In this document: in pieces, positions 12,321 to 25,000 of the stretch
Position numbering within the stretch: position 1 is the stretch's first letter
Layout of the letters: each line of letters begins with the position of its first letter
DNA from: Marsupella aquatica
Lineage: Eukaryota; Plantae; Marchantiophyta
Assembly: GCA_973895155.1 (NCBI GenBank)
Contig: OZ316894.1
Coordinates: 991,968-1,055,967 of the forward strand
Reading direction: 5' to 3'
DNA: 64,000 nucleotides
Program-made: the position numbers and the translations under genes
The notes under the pieces: generated by a model
The model's database searches: none
What the model was told of the DNA's origin: nothing
The model's input: only the letters and a program-made list of their open reading frames with translations

Positions 12321-14537
12321 ATCATGTTAGATTTCTTGAATCAGTTCATGGTTCGGTAGGTCGGTCATAGACCTCACATTTTCTTTGGTCATATCTTGGA
12401 CCTTTTTTCGCCCCTTTCAATTCTGTTTTAAAAGCATTTGTTGGGCGCTATTTCATTTAATCCGTTCTCCTTTCTTTGGGGTAAGGTATGCCTGAGAGTG
12501 AGGTAATCTCGTGAAGAATAATATGATTGTCAGTTGCTAAGATGGCTTAAGGTTTAGAGTATTGTATGCTAGAGAATAGGGAGAAAAGTGTGAGACGTGA
12601 GCTTTTCTCTCACACTCGAATGTTTCCAATGTCTCACAACGTTACGGGGATTAAGTTACTCCTGGAATTTCATTTATGAAATCTGAAAACTGGGATATAA
12701 TATTCCTAGCATTTCTTTCTATTAAAACAGTTCTGTTTGTGCAATTTGTTTATGAATTTACTACTCGATTGCACTCAGTCTACTGGCAACCATCTTGTTA
12801 TCATAGTTTAGGACTATTCCATGTACTCCAGACAACCCTTCATGTATTTCACTCTTAAGTATAAAACTCCAATAGAACAAAAAGTGTCAAACCAGGAGAC
12901 ATGATCTCAAAGGCAGGGAGCAAACAAGGGATAATCCTAGGAAGACCAAGAGCCAAAAAGCCCGCAAAGTCCCCCAATATGGCAAAGGAACTAAAGCTCT
13001 ACTGAGAAAGTGAAAGGCCTACTATTCCCATTGCTAATGCATCCACTTTCTAAGGTCTTGTTATCCTATGTTATAAAAAATACATGTATACAAGCTTTCA
13101 CTCGACATTCCAGTTGCTGACAAAAGGAGAGAATGTTTTTGCTATAATTTCAGTACCGGGTGTCTAAGCTTTACTTATATTTTAGAATAAATCTCTAAAA
13201 CATACCATGCGGGAATATGATATCTCACTTTTCATTAATAATACCAAATATTTCCTTTTGTTTAAAAAATAACAAAAAAACCAATGCTAACATTTGGGAG
13301 TGACCACAAAGTCTCCCTTGGTTGGAGGACACATGTGTCTTTTTGAAAGCCTGAGGTCTCGGGGTCTCACTTTAGCTAAACAGCACATCAAGTGTGACAA
13401 AAAATAAGTACATTGTATTGTTTCTAAGGAAGACTATAAGTTTTTTCTAAGAGAACTTTAGGGTTTTTAAAATCTAATGTTGGGACATATACAAAAAGAT
13501 AAGGTTGTAAACCAAATTTAGAATATTCCAAATAAAGAGAGGTAGAAGGTCCCCAAAACATTTGTTTCTTCTTAAGGTTTAGGTGTCTGAGCCCTCAAAA
13601 CATCGCCCATGATGGGGGGTCCTGGATACTAAGACCCCCAAGCCTGAAACTACGATGTCAACAAAGTCAGGTTACAAAAATGTGTCTGGACTTATGCACC
13701 TTCTGCACTTTGAATTAGAGGTTAGCTCCAAAATGTTGGCTAGCCAAGAACTTACAATCCCCATTTTGTTAGCTTGACTTTGGTGATTGCATTGGTGGTT
13801 GCTCTGTTTGTACTCCATGGGCTTTTGAATTAGTATCCTGGTGCACATGGTTGTTGCCTGCATTCAATTGAACTCCATACCTCCATTTCTGTCCAGCCTG
13901 GTCCACATACCATCATGTCAAACTTACAAGAGTGCTTGGCCATTCAAGTAAGGGGTCCAGCCTGTAGGTCCTCAGGCTGGAGTTATAAGAATTGCCAGAC
14001 CAGGGACCAGAATAGAAATGATGTGTCATGTGCTTGTAGATTTCATCATACCCTTCATATGTCAAAACTCAAAAGTGTGGGTCACTTGCTTTTAGATTTC
14101 ATCATAACTGTTCATATGTCAAGTGACGGGTCCATTGTCGCTTTAATTGAGATTGAGATCAAGGTCACTTCTTAGGGGTGGAACTGGAAACAGCCACGAC
14201 TGAACTCATCATCTATTTAGGAGAAATAAAGCCACACTCATTGGATTGCATGAGAGCAGGTGAAATACATATGCATAACAACACTGCCAAAGAGCAAAAA
14301 CTGATATACCTGGATGCAAAGGTAAGAGATCCAATAAATAAGAGGGGGAGGGGGGACCTGGGAAAACCCCATTTATACCAAAGAGCCAAAAAAGCACAAC
14401 TCCAAAGAACTAAAACCCTAATGAACAGCAAACTGACTAGTAGAGCTTCTGAACTAGATCCTATAGGAGGGTCATGAACAGCAAACTCACTAGTACAGTA
14501 GAGGTCTCTGGTAAATCACATAAAAGGGTCATGAAAA

Positions 14538-14682
14538 GGAATTTTACTAAATGTCTCCTAAACCAACTGCCCTATGAAGAATAATGAATGCGTGAGCTGC
14601 TAGGGCAACCAGGAATTTTACTAATGTCTCCTAAACCAACTGCCCTATGAAGAATAATGAATGCGTGAGCTGCTAGTGCAAC
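14538..14682. repeat. Tandem duplication, ~73 bp
   Basis: GGAATTTTACTAA(A)TGTCTCCTAAACCAACTGCCCTATGAAGAATAATGAATGCGTGAGCTGCTAG x2. Confidence 0.85.
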
Positions 14683-16724
14683 CGACACCAGGTGGTGAAG
14701 TAGGAAATACCAAATATCGTAGAGATCACATCAGCAGCATCACCGTCAGGGGAGCTTTAAATGAGCGTCAGTCAGGTGCACACTGATAAAGGAGAGCCTA
14801 ATCGACTGCATTTTTTAAGCTTAGATATGGGATTTTGAATTGCCATTTTCTATTCAATCTGCTGGTTGTTTGAAACGACTCGCCATCGTTTCCTTCGGAC
14901 CAGCTCCCGACAGTATGATCATTCAAGAATATTGGGCAACCTCGAGAGCAACCATAGCCTTTAAGAAAGAGCAGCCATAGCCTTTAAGATGTACAGGACT
15001 CCTTGGAAATAGTTTTTCTAGGAGACATTCCTTGCCTGCACAGGATTCCAAGTTAGTACACTGAGTGTCTGAGTGTGTGGAATTAAATCAAAACCAGAGA
15101 CTGATCGTACGTAGGCCACTGTGTACACGTAAGGAAAATTCGATTCTCCACGAGTCTGCTCGGATTCTTAAAGGCTAGCTGAATTCGAGAAAAGTAAGGA
15201 TCGGGTGACGCACTGGAAGCAATTAAATAGGTCCTGGCATGGGCTGCTGGAGCGGTGTGGACAATCGCAAGCTTTTAGAGAACCTTAGCCAGTCGTGGCG
15301 GTGGGAGCTTGCTTGTGTGGAGTGCGAGGTATGCGAGGTACGTGGGCCCTCGTCTCTCGATCCAGGAAAGAATGATACCTTAATATCATCAGCAGCTGCT
15401 GGATGTCGTCGCACCACATCCCCAGCAGCTATGACAGCTAAGTGAACGAGTTTCAGCGTTGCTAGATCAGTCGACGACTGAACACCTACGAAAGTGGGCT
15501 ACCTGTATGATTGTTACGAGCAAGACAAGTTAGACGTCTTCCAATGTTCCGATTCCGCACATTATTGAGCAGAGGGAATCAGCGATCAATATAATTAACA
15601 AACGACTTCGATCATGGGGCAATCCGTCCAGTAACGGTGGCTCTCGCCACCGCCTTGCAATCAGTGAACAACAATAGACAAATTGAGAGCACGGTGATCG
15701 AACTGTCCCGACAAATGCAAGTACAGTATCATCAAATACAGCGTTCTAAGGTTTTGTGACGGACTTACTTTATGCACGCTTGCGCGTGCTTCGGAATTGC
15801 CTCTCGAAGCCCACAATTGACTTCCACGGATCTTGATTTGTGCAGCCAAATATTAATTCTGAATTACAATACGCTATATGCAGAACGTTCTTTTAGCCCC
15901 TGACTGCCGTCAACCGGGCTGGATTTAGAGATTTTTAATGCTCAGATTGTCGAAGATTCGTTTTTTGGTACAACGAACGTATCGAAAAAAACGGAAGTCT
16001 GTTATGCTAATTTCTTTAGATCTAAAGTAGTGTAATTAAGAGCTGAATCTACAGTACACCAAATGAATCTGTTAAGATAATTCACTTAGATGTCAGGGGA
16101 AGAATTAAGAGCTGAATCTATTCCCATCGGTGTTTCAGTTTTTTGAACAGAGTGACTTTACGATAGATCCTCAATTTAATAACACAATTTGATTGTGTGC
16201 CAGAGTGGAACTTTAGTTTCTTCAGGAGTTTGCGACTGACATCTTTCTGCCCCGAAATTTCCAAAGAATTCCGTTCCGAGATACAGGATCAGTCCGAAAA
16301 ACAGGATACGTGATGGGCAGCAAGGCAGCACACATGTGGGGACAATGTCCGAGGGGAGTTTCAGATTGACATCTGGCGCAGTTCCTGTCCGTGCAAGAAA
16401 TGGCTTCCTCGACGATGAGGTTGTCGACGACTGCTGTCAGTTCTGCTTGTAAGGCTTGAAGCCCTAAGTTGGGACACATGACAAAGGGATTTGGTTGTCA
16501 TTGGGATGGTGTCTTGTTTAGTTCCGCCCACTGCTATTTTAGTTGTGCTTCGCGCGCCGGGAAATGAATCTGGGGGCACTGCCCACGCACTTCTTCGGAG
16601 AAGTCTAGGTTTCGAATTGGAGGCTAGCTTGCAAGGGTGGACTACTCGGTCGGACAGGGGCTGCCTTCCTGTCGTCGTCTGCATTTGGATGATCCCCACA
16701 CACTGAGATAACCAGGAGTTTTCA

Positions 16725-16997
16725 ACTTACGTCATGGAACAAATGCCGTGCATCATCCTGGCTATCTACCACTCCGCCAACTGAAGGCATAGAATCACAG
16801 ACTGCCCAGTGCGTCTGAAAAACCAGTGAATGATGTTGTAGCAATTTCGCAAGGAATTTTGCACTGTTACTTTGATGTTTGAGACTCGACATATTCTCAG
16901 TCCCTGAATCTTCGCTCCTGCAAGCCCCACCCTGTCAATGGTTCCACCGCCACTCATCCCTCGTAAACAAGTATGAGTTGCTTTCAGCCTTTATATA
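16725..16997 (-). promoter_or_regulatory. Candidate TATA box and first exon of an unidentified minus-strand transcript
   Basis: TATATAAA on the - strand at ~16990-16997, ATGs at 16957 and 16892, and a consensus GTAAGT donor at 16730 that closes a 54-codon open frame. No recognisable protein. Confidence 0.3.
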
Positions 16998-17498
16998 ATT
17001 TCGGACCTTCTGGTGAGAATCCTCCTTGTCATTAAGTTAAGTCAAGAGGAGACCGATCCACACTCCTGCCATTGACTCTGTTACTACCTGCTCCAGACAC
17101 CCTGGATTGCAGTGCGTGAGTGACCAGAGTGTCTTTCAAGCTCCTCCTCTCGGTGGAAAATTCCTCCCCCGAGCAAACGCATGCTCCCAAATCCGAGTCC
17201 CGAATCCCGAGGGTCTGGCACAGGTCTCTCCTCCAAGTCAACCCTAAAAGTAGATTATCTGGGACACTGGGATCGCCTCCGTGGATGGGAGGGGAGAGTC
17301 AAAGATATTGTCATTAATCAATGGATACCGGCTTCGATAAATTCGGCCATGATTGTAGCAGGACGGAGGAAAGAACAAAAGAAGGCTCTACAAGTGTTTT
17401 TCTGGAGTCAGAAAGTCCGTAGCCCCTTGTGTATCCTCAGCCAGCATGCTGTCAAATTATCGTGAGATGATCGCTCTACAATTCCTTCGCAATCCCAC

Positions 17499-17499
<1 letters not shown>

Positions 17500-17540
<41 letters not shown>
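17500..17540. repeat. (CT)n/(GA)n microsatellite
   Basis: About 20 perfect CT units. Confidence 0.97.
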
Positions 17541-17541
<1 letters not shown>

Positions 17542-19462
17542 AAATGTGACTAAAAAATCAACAACTTTACTAAAAAAGGATGCAAAGCGTCCAAACACAA
17601 AAAGGAACAAAGCCACTGTAAAAGTCCGACCAAAGAAAATCTATTTCCCTGGGCAGTTAGTCAGGTTGCCCTTTGGGCAGCCTGAAACCTCGATTCTTTT
17701 GTCTGCAGCTAAACTCCCAATGTGATCGAGCACTACAATAACTAAAATGGCAACTGCCCCTGCATCACCGATGCCTTGGAAGGAACTAGCGCAAAATGAG
17801 GCATTGGCAGCTAGCTCTGCGTAGCCCCACCCGTGCTCCAAGAAATCTCAGTTGCCCTTTCCCTCATACGACGGGCTGGATGTCACGACTCAAGGTTTCA
17901 ATCAGAGGTCGTGACGGAGGCACATATGAGACCCGGTCATCGCCCGAAATTGGCGAATATCATTATAAAAATGCTCATGCCACGAAGCCTTGCGCCATCT
18001 ACTCAGAGCTAAAACGAACCCGAAATAGAGACGGTACGTTAAACCCAGGCAAACCACAAATCTCCTCAAAATTTCAAGTATACGTGGCGATCTTTCTACG
18101 GGTCCAAGTAGAGCTTCGAGAGCATTGTCAGCCCTACAGCAGTTTAATTGTTGTAAACAAAAGAAATCGTTCTAAAAGGTCGGTGGTGATACTGTAAAGT
18201 TTAAATAAGTTCTCTGCAATTAAAACCCTTTACTCCATTTGACGAAACGCGTGCTCGAGAAGTGCATCGATTTATATTTTAGAAAGGATCGATGCAAGTA
18301 CGTCTTGAGGATTAAAATCCTTGAATTAATCAGATGATCTCGTAGTCAGCAGGCAGGTGCTCACCAGATCAGGTGGAGAGATTAGCTACAGAGAAAATCC
18401 GAAGGAACTGATGGAAAGTTGCATGCCGTCCTTCGGGCAGTCCCGTTGGAAAACGAGCTCAAGTAGATGAAAAAGTTGTAAGATTTACTTCTTTGCCTTC
18501 ACTGGAATCGTTGGAATGGTCTAAAACAAACGAGCGACTTGGTTCCATACAGATTACAGAAGCTCATGTCGTGAGGCTGGAGTTCCAAATCTATTTTGGG
18601 AAGATGGGAAAACTGAGCTGGCAAGTGATAAGCTCGGAAACATCAAACAAATAGGATACAGTTGAACAATAACTCCTGGATCATTCAAGGAAACCAGAAC
18701 TCTAGAGCATTAATTGTGCAAGCAGTCAGTAAAAGACATGGTCCAGATACTGTGTCCAGAATCGGCCACGCAAAAGCGGAGTTCCTCTTGCCAGTGCTGC
18801 ATTAAGAAACAGGCTGAAAGATATACTAGGATGGAGAAATCTTGACGAAGGTCTACTGCTGGAAAAACCTTTACAGGAGACGACGGATTTTTCATGGCAG
18901 ATGCATTACCTTGATGCTATTCCACAACCCAAGGAAAATCGGAAATTGGGTCATTCAAGTTTGTCTAACAACAACTTGAAGGACTTTGATGATGAGCAAT
19001 GGAGCCAAAGAAAATCCAACCAGGTAGCGAGAATGAACTACGGGATTCTGGTAGCGTGTAAATCTAGGGCGAACCGTTTGAATGTTAGTTTTTGTGGCTG
19101 CAATTTCAGATGCCGATCTTTAAGTTTGAGATCTGAGATTCTCCTATAGCTCCAAATCTTCCTGAACCGGGCTCTCGTCATGATCACTTCTTGTCTTTCA
19201 CAGTAGGATACATTTTGCCTAAAGTCTTGATGTTCATTTGGCCTCCATCACCTTCAAGAGTCGCGGATCCTTCCACTCTTCGAAAACTTCTCCCCTTGCA
19301 GAAAGAGACAGAGAGCCAGATGACGCTAAAGTAGATGGAAAAATTCATAGCCAATGATAGCCATCTTGAAAAATGAGACACAATCGTTGGAATTTTTTAT
19401 ATGAGAGTGAATTTGGCAGACAGCAACAAAAAATTGGGTTCCCAAGCGGCAGCACCATTTGC

Positions 19463-19675
19463 GCTGATTTTCTCCTGGGGTAGGAAAGTGATGCTGATTT
19501 TCTCCTGGTGTAGGAAAGTGATGCTGATTTTCTCCTCGTGTAGGAAAGTGATGCTGATTTTCTCCTGGTGTAGGAAAATGATGCTCCCATGGAAGGAGAC
19601 ATTGGACAATGCGACCTAGGGTAGAAAAAGTGATACTCCCATGGACCGAGACATTGGACAATGCAAGCCCATGGA
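19463..19675. repeat. 30-bp minisatellite x4 followed by CCCATGGA..GAGACATTGGACAATGC repeats; probable TE subterminal region
   Basis: GCTGATTTTCTCCTGGTGTAGGAAAGTGAT-like units at 19463, 19493, 19523 and 19553. Confidence 0.88.
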
Positions 19676-22056
19676 AACTGAAACCTTTTCCACTTCACTC
19701 ATTATATCACTTTAGTTTCCAAAAAGTTTTCAAGAGCAGAGCTTGACTTTCAATAATAATATATCCCTTTCTATCTAGCATTATTGGCTATTTTTGGGCT
19801 TCGCAGAAGAGTCTGGGAAAGATATTTCCAAGGAGTCTAATATCTATAGATTTCATGAAAAATTGAGAGAGCTAGGGGTTTGTAAAGATCACTCCTTCAC
19901 TCAATGTTGCACATTACACTCCTGTAAGTTTTTAGCAGCTATCTTTGGCATTCAGTATCTCCCTTCATATCTTGCCAAGCAGCTTCTAATGAGCTCAAGA
20001 AGGGCCAATTCTGTTTGACAGCAAGGGAGATATTGAAACTAAGGCAAACTTTGTCATTGAAATCATTTTGGAAATGAGAACTCAAGGGTGTCAATAAGTG
20101 ATGTGTAAAACATCTTATGACCTGTGATTGGGGTTTGTATGGTTCACCCGCTTGGTCCATGGGAGCAGCAATTACCTTTTTGTTAATCTTAGGAAAAAAC
20201 TGGAAGAGTGTTGAGGATTAATGCGGCTATGGTTCCTGCAAAGTTTATGGTCTACCATATGTCAACTCACATATGTGGGGAGACATAGGACCTATATGAC
20301 CTACCTCTTGACATATAGCTTGAGTAATAGTCAAGATAGGAGAGTAGGCAAGATAGGAGAGAATATATATATACCACATTTGCAGCTCCTAGTCATTCTG
20401 CGCATTTCCCATTGCAGAAAATAATGATGTCCAAGCAACAAACCCCACGGCAAATACACAGCAGAGACCGCAGTGAAAATTTTACTGACAGAGTTTGTCA
20501 GTACTTAGATATATTACCTTACAGATTTTTAGGGTGTCCAAAAATATTTGGTCCATCAGATTCCTGGGGTCAAATGTTGTGGTCCATCCTAACGCCAGGT
20601 AGCAAATATTTGAAGTAACATTTTCATGTTAACAAGGGTTTTTTGGAAACTCGCCAAAACCATCTTTGGGCACGATTATATGGTGATGGCTCTCCATGAT
20701 GTCAAGAGAATCTGACAGTCAGATGTCGATTATAAGATTCCCATGCTTGTGCAGGGGCTTGTCCATTTCTTGACATAAGGGACCACCAAGCATGCCCCAA
20801 GCAATCCTACTCCCAACCCCTCTGGAAAGGTAATTAAATAGATAGTTACTAAGTTTTGTCAATCAATGGACAACACATTTCCAAATGCTCCACCGCAATT
20901 TCAAGCTGTCTTGCGTTTCTGGCTTGAGGAACTGCAAAGCCCTGGCTAAGGAAAAGCTTGGTGGTCCCTTGAGGCCTTTAAAACCCCATTTTAAAAGGCC
21001 ACCCCACCTGGAACTCCCCAGTCAACTTTGATGAAAGTGAATTCCAATTACTGAAAACATTGAAGCATACAGTCACCTCATTATCATGATGCGTGGGAAT
21101 CTCAAAGTCTATTAACTTGTTGTTCAATGGCTCAGCTTGTTTTGGGGTGTATGTAGTGAATTCATGGGCCGGGTGGATTTAATATTTCCGTAGTTATACT
21201 CTGGGCAGGGGATGACAATCATTTGTTCAACCACAGCTACCCTAGTGTTGTCATAACATCATTTCAAATGTAGGTCTCAAGGATATGAATACATTTGTAA
21301 ATTAAGTGAAAAACATATATAAATATGAGAATGAAATGTCACAAATCGAATGTATCTAAAAATATATACGAAACATCAAAGTGAACATGATCACGACTCT
21401 AAGGACTCAATCATTCAGAAGAAAGTTTAAAGCAAATACTTACAACTAAAGGATGTCACCAAGTATACCAAAAAATACTCAGAACCGGAAAGTTAGTGAG
21501 CTTACTAGTGAGCATTACTCAAGCTATCCATTGCCTTCTCTACCTATTGTCTCACCCCTAAACTTGGTGTGGCCCACAATCATGACCTAGAGTAATCATG
21601 ATCTAGAGACTAGAGGTTCACTCTACACCATAGGGTCAAGAGTATAGCTTTTCATTCCAAATTATTAGTTAGATGCAGTTCACGACAGGAGGATCGCATT
21701 TTGTTTTCGTAGCTCCTAGAGGCGAGATTCCCTGATCATGGAGAAGGGGCAGGAACCACAGTCAGATTGATTGGAGAGAGAAAGCAGTTGGAATGGAACC
21801 CGGGTCCACAACACTAGGCAGGGGCCTACATTATTATGTGGTCTTAAAAGCTGGTGTTGATTATTATTAAAAGCAAGAAAAAAAAAGATTTTCCACTTTT
21901 AATTTGTGAGTTTTTGAATCACAAACAAAAGTTTTCTTAGTTTTTGCCTTGCCAGCTGTGCCTCACCAGCAGTGCCCCTGCGCGCCTCCTCCCTCCCTGA
22001 AGCTCCATTGCATGCCCTCCCCTCCCATGCTTTTGCATGATGAGTGAGAGGAGATT

Positions 22057-22079
22057 TGGGGGGGGGGGGGGGGGGGGGG
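22057..22079. repeat. Poly-G tract within a purine-rich stretch
   Basis: About 23 consecutive G. Confidence 0.95.
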
Positions 22080-25000
22080 AAGCAAGAGGGAGGGCTGGGA
22101 GGAGATGGGGTGAGGGAGGGCAAAGGGGAGGAAAAAGAGAATTTTTTTGGCCCCCCCACTCAACCAATCAAAACCAAAATGATAACATATTTGTGATAAC
22201 ACCAATCAAAACCATAATACACTTGGAATGACAATAATATGTAATTCTTTGTCTCACTTCCATTGCTTTTCCTCACCTCAACATTTTTGTCTAACACACC
22301 GACATTGGACTAAATAATGACATATTAGAAAGGGACGGTAATTGCATTCCTTGGGCATGAAATATGCAGCCACGCCAGTGATGTTGCAACCAGTTGGATC
22401 TGGATCTATAAGAGACAAGGAGACCTACTCGAGCTCATCTAGGCACACAAGGGAGATGTGAAATCAAAGCTTGTGCTGGTTCCACATACTCATGGTCGGC
22501 ATATAAAAAAACAACACTTAAAATAAATGGTTGAGTCATAAAAACTACTGTATAGTTTTCATGTACAGTAGTAGTAGTTCAAGCCTTGGTGGCCTCTTTC
22601 TGTCGTTCCTATGATTTTCTTCTGGAGTGATCATTCTGCAAGCGCTGCTTCGGGGAAGGGAGAACGAAATGAGTAAAAGTGACTGAAGATCAGATGTAGA
22701 TTTTGCGTGACATAAACGGTTTTGGAGGGTGGTATGAGTGTATGAGAGTGTGACACGGACCCCATGCTGAGGTGATTGAACCAGAGTGCAGAATTGAGGA
22801 TCATTCATTCAGTCTAGTGTAGCAGATGTTAGTAACGTGGATCCCCAGAGAAGCTCCAATCTGTGTGCAGTGTCCTGGGCATGCAGCAGTCTGTTGTGAC
22901 TAGAAGGGTGAAGTTCATCAGTGTACACATCGAAAAGTAGGAATGGTGTACTGTAGTGAAATCAATGGCCGTGTAGGACGTGGCACTCGTGGAGCTGGTC
23001 GTTTGGGTGACAATACAGTTGCTACTGTAAGGCGTTCGAAGCAGCATGAAACAAAAAATTGGCAAGAGGACGGAATGCTGAAAGAATGTGTGGCTGCAGT
23101 CCTGAAGCCACATGGCAATTGGAGATGATGCGAGCAAGGGATCGTACTAGATTTGGCAATCAGGATGTTTTTTGGGTTTAAGATAGATCTCTGCAGCTGG
23201 CCCGGGAAAAAGGGAGTGGGTCCAAGGTGGTGACCGTCTCGCTCTATAGACGGGTTTGTGCATGGTGATGAGAATGCGCACGCGAAGCAAGGGTGGCACG
23301 TAATTGGAGCCATGCAGGAACCATGCATGACATAAATGAAGAGCTTTGTTTAGCGAGACATCAATATTATCGATCCACTCAACTGAAATTCCGAGGTCTC
23401 AGATAAACTTGGCCAAGAAACGACCTTGTTTCACCTCGTATTTCGGATAAACATGGCCAAGGAAGTGCGAAAGTGTATCTTCATTCCACTGCAACAACGA
23501 GGAAGAATGTCGAGGGATGTCGGTTGTCTTTGTCCGATTGAACGCCCATCATAGGCCTGTCAGCGAAGTGTTTTGACAGGTAGAGTCGGTTGCCGTGTAA
23601 TTATCGTGAATCAGAGTCTGCCTTTGCTGGACCGTCTCCACTCCAAAATACGAGGTGAAACAAAAAGGCGGCAAACCACGATCGCGCTAGACTTCTATTT
23701 CAGCCACAATCATGACCTCCATGGGATAAACAGATCTCGTCTTGTCCTGTATGCGGAATTGCGGATGGATGGGCTTTCATCGATGAAGACAATCATTTCG
23801 GATTAACCCATTGCGGGACGCCTCATTTATCACTGAGCAGTTGTCTCGTTTCTGGTTCGACATGAACTTATAGAACACTGGAGGCAGGACATCAGGTACA
23901 TCAGGACAGGTTTATAGTCCCAACGGATAGAACCAAAGCTATCTAACTTTACATGACAGTACTGAAAATTCTCTTTCGAGGCCCCAAAATGACACTTTGA
24001 TGACGTTCGTGTGGGGTCACAACTCGGAGGCGCTTTTCTGGTTTCCGTAGATTTGTTTTTGGCGATTTTCAGTAATGAAGTCAGTCAGTGTCTGAGTAAG
24101 AACAGTTCGCACTCAGGTCCACATCGCGGAGGTCTTGCTCATGATCATGATCCCCATTCAGATTATCTTAATTTCATTAAGTACGTGGGTGCTGCCGGGG
24201 GGTGCTGGGTTACGTACGACACCCCGTGACACTATGTTGTTCTTTGATGGCCTGTGTCAATTATGTTTCTCCTGGAGCCCCTCGATTTCTTCTTGCTTCT
24301 TAGAAAGCACTTGATGGAGGGCCCACCACACGTTACTCGCAATCTTCGTCAATTGATTGCATCCATTCGGAAGTTTGCAATTGAACCACAACGAGAGGAA
24401 CATTAACAATCTCACCAATTACTTAAGTAGGAGTAGGGATTGACAAGAAGTTGCGGACCGTCCAAAGCTCACAGCTGAACTAACCCAGTAAGTAACGTTT
24501 TGGGATTACGCATACAAATCCTTGAAAGTTTTAAGAAATTTCCCCTCTAATGGCAAATGCTCAACTGCGCATCCCGTGTATTCGTTCACAGCTACTATAA
24601 TCTCGTAGTTGGTTTCTAGACGGCAACTAAAATTGACCTACCTAGTTGGAGCTTTGCAATGATATGATCCCACAGTACAAATATAATCTGGGAACTAAAC
24701 TGTAACATGGTTGTCACTGCGGTGATCGCAAAGAGGCTCCTGGAATTGATCCCTACTGTAGTTTATGTCGCTGTCAAGGTATTTCATACCTGCGCGGAAG
24801 GACCATTTCCGCCTTTGGACGTGACTTCCTATTACGTGCAGCTCAATATGCACAGACGAGATGACCTTCGATCACAAAAATGGCAATAGTGATGTACAGT
24901 ACTAACGCTTATTACATATTTACTCTAATTCTGTACTCCGTAATTCACTGGACTAATCAAGGCAACCTTCGGAGTGTTCTGTTGCATTCGCAAAGTCTCA

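Noticed and set aside
17641-17841. Small Cys-containing secreted peptide ORF
   Set aside because: There is no in-frame ATG (TTG start) and no N-terminal signal peptide.
19463-19585. 30-bp repeats as a CRISPR array
   Set aside because: The units are head-to-tail with no unique spacers, so this is a minisatellite.
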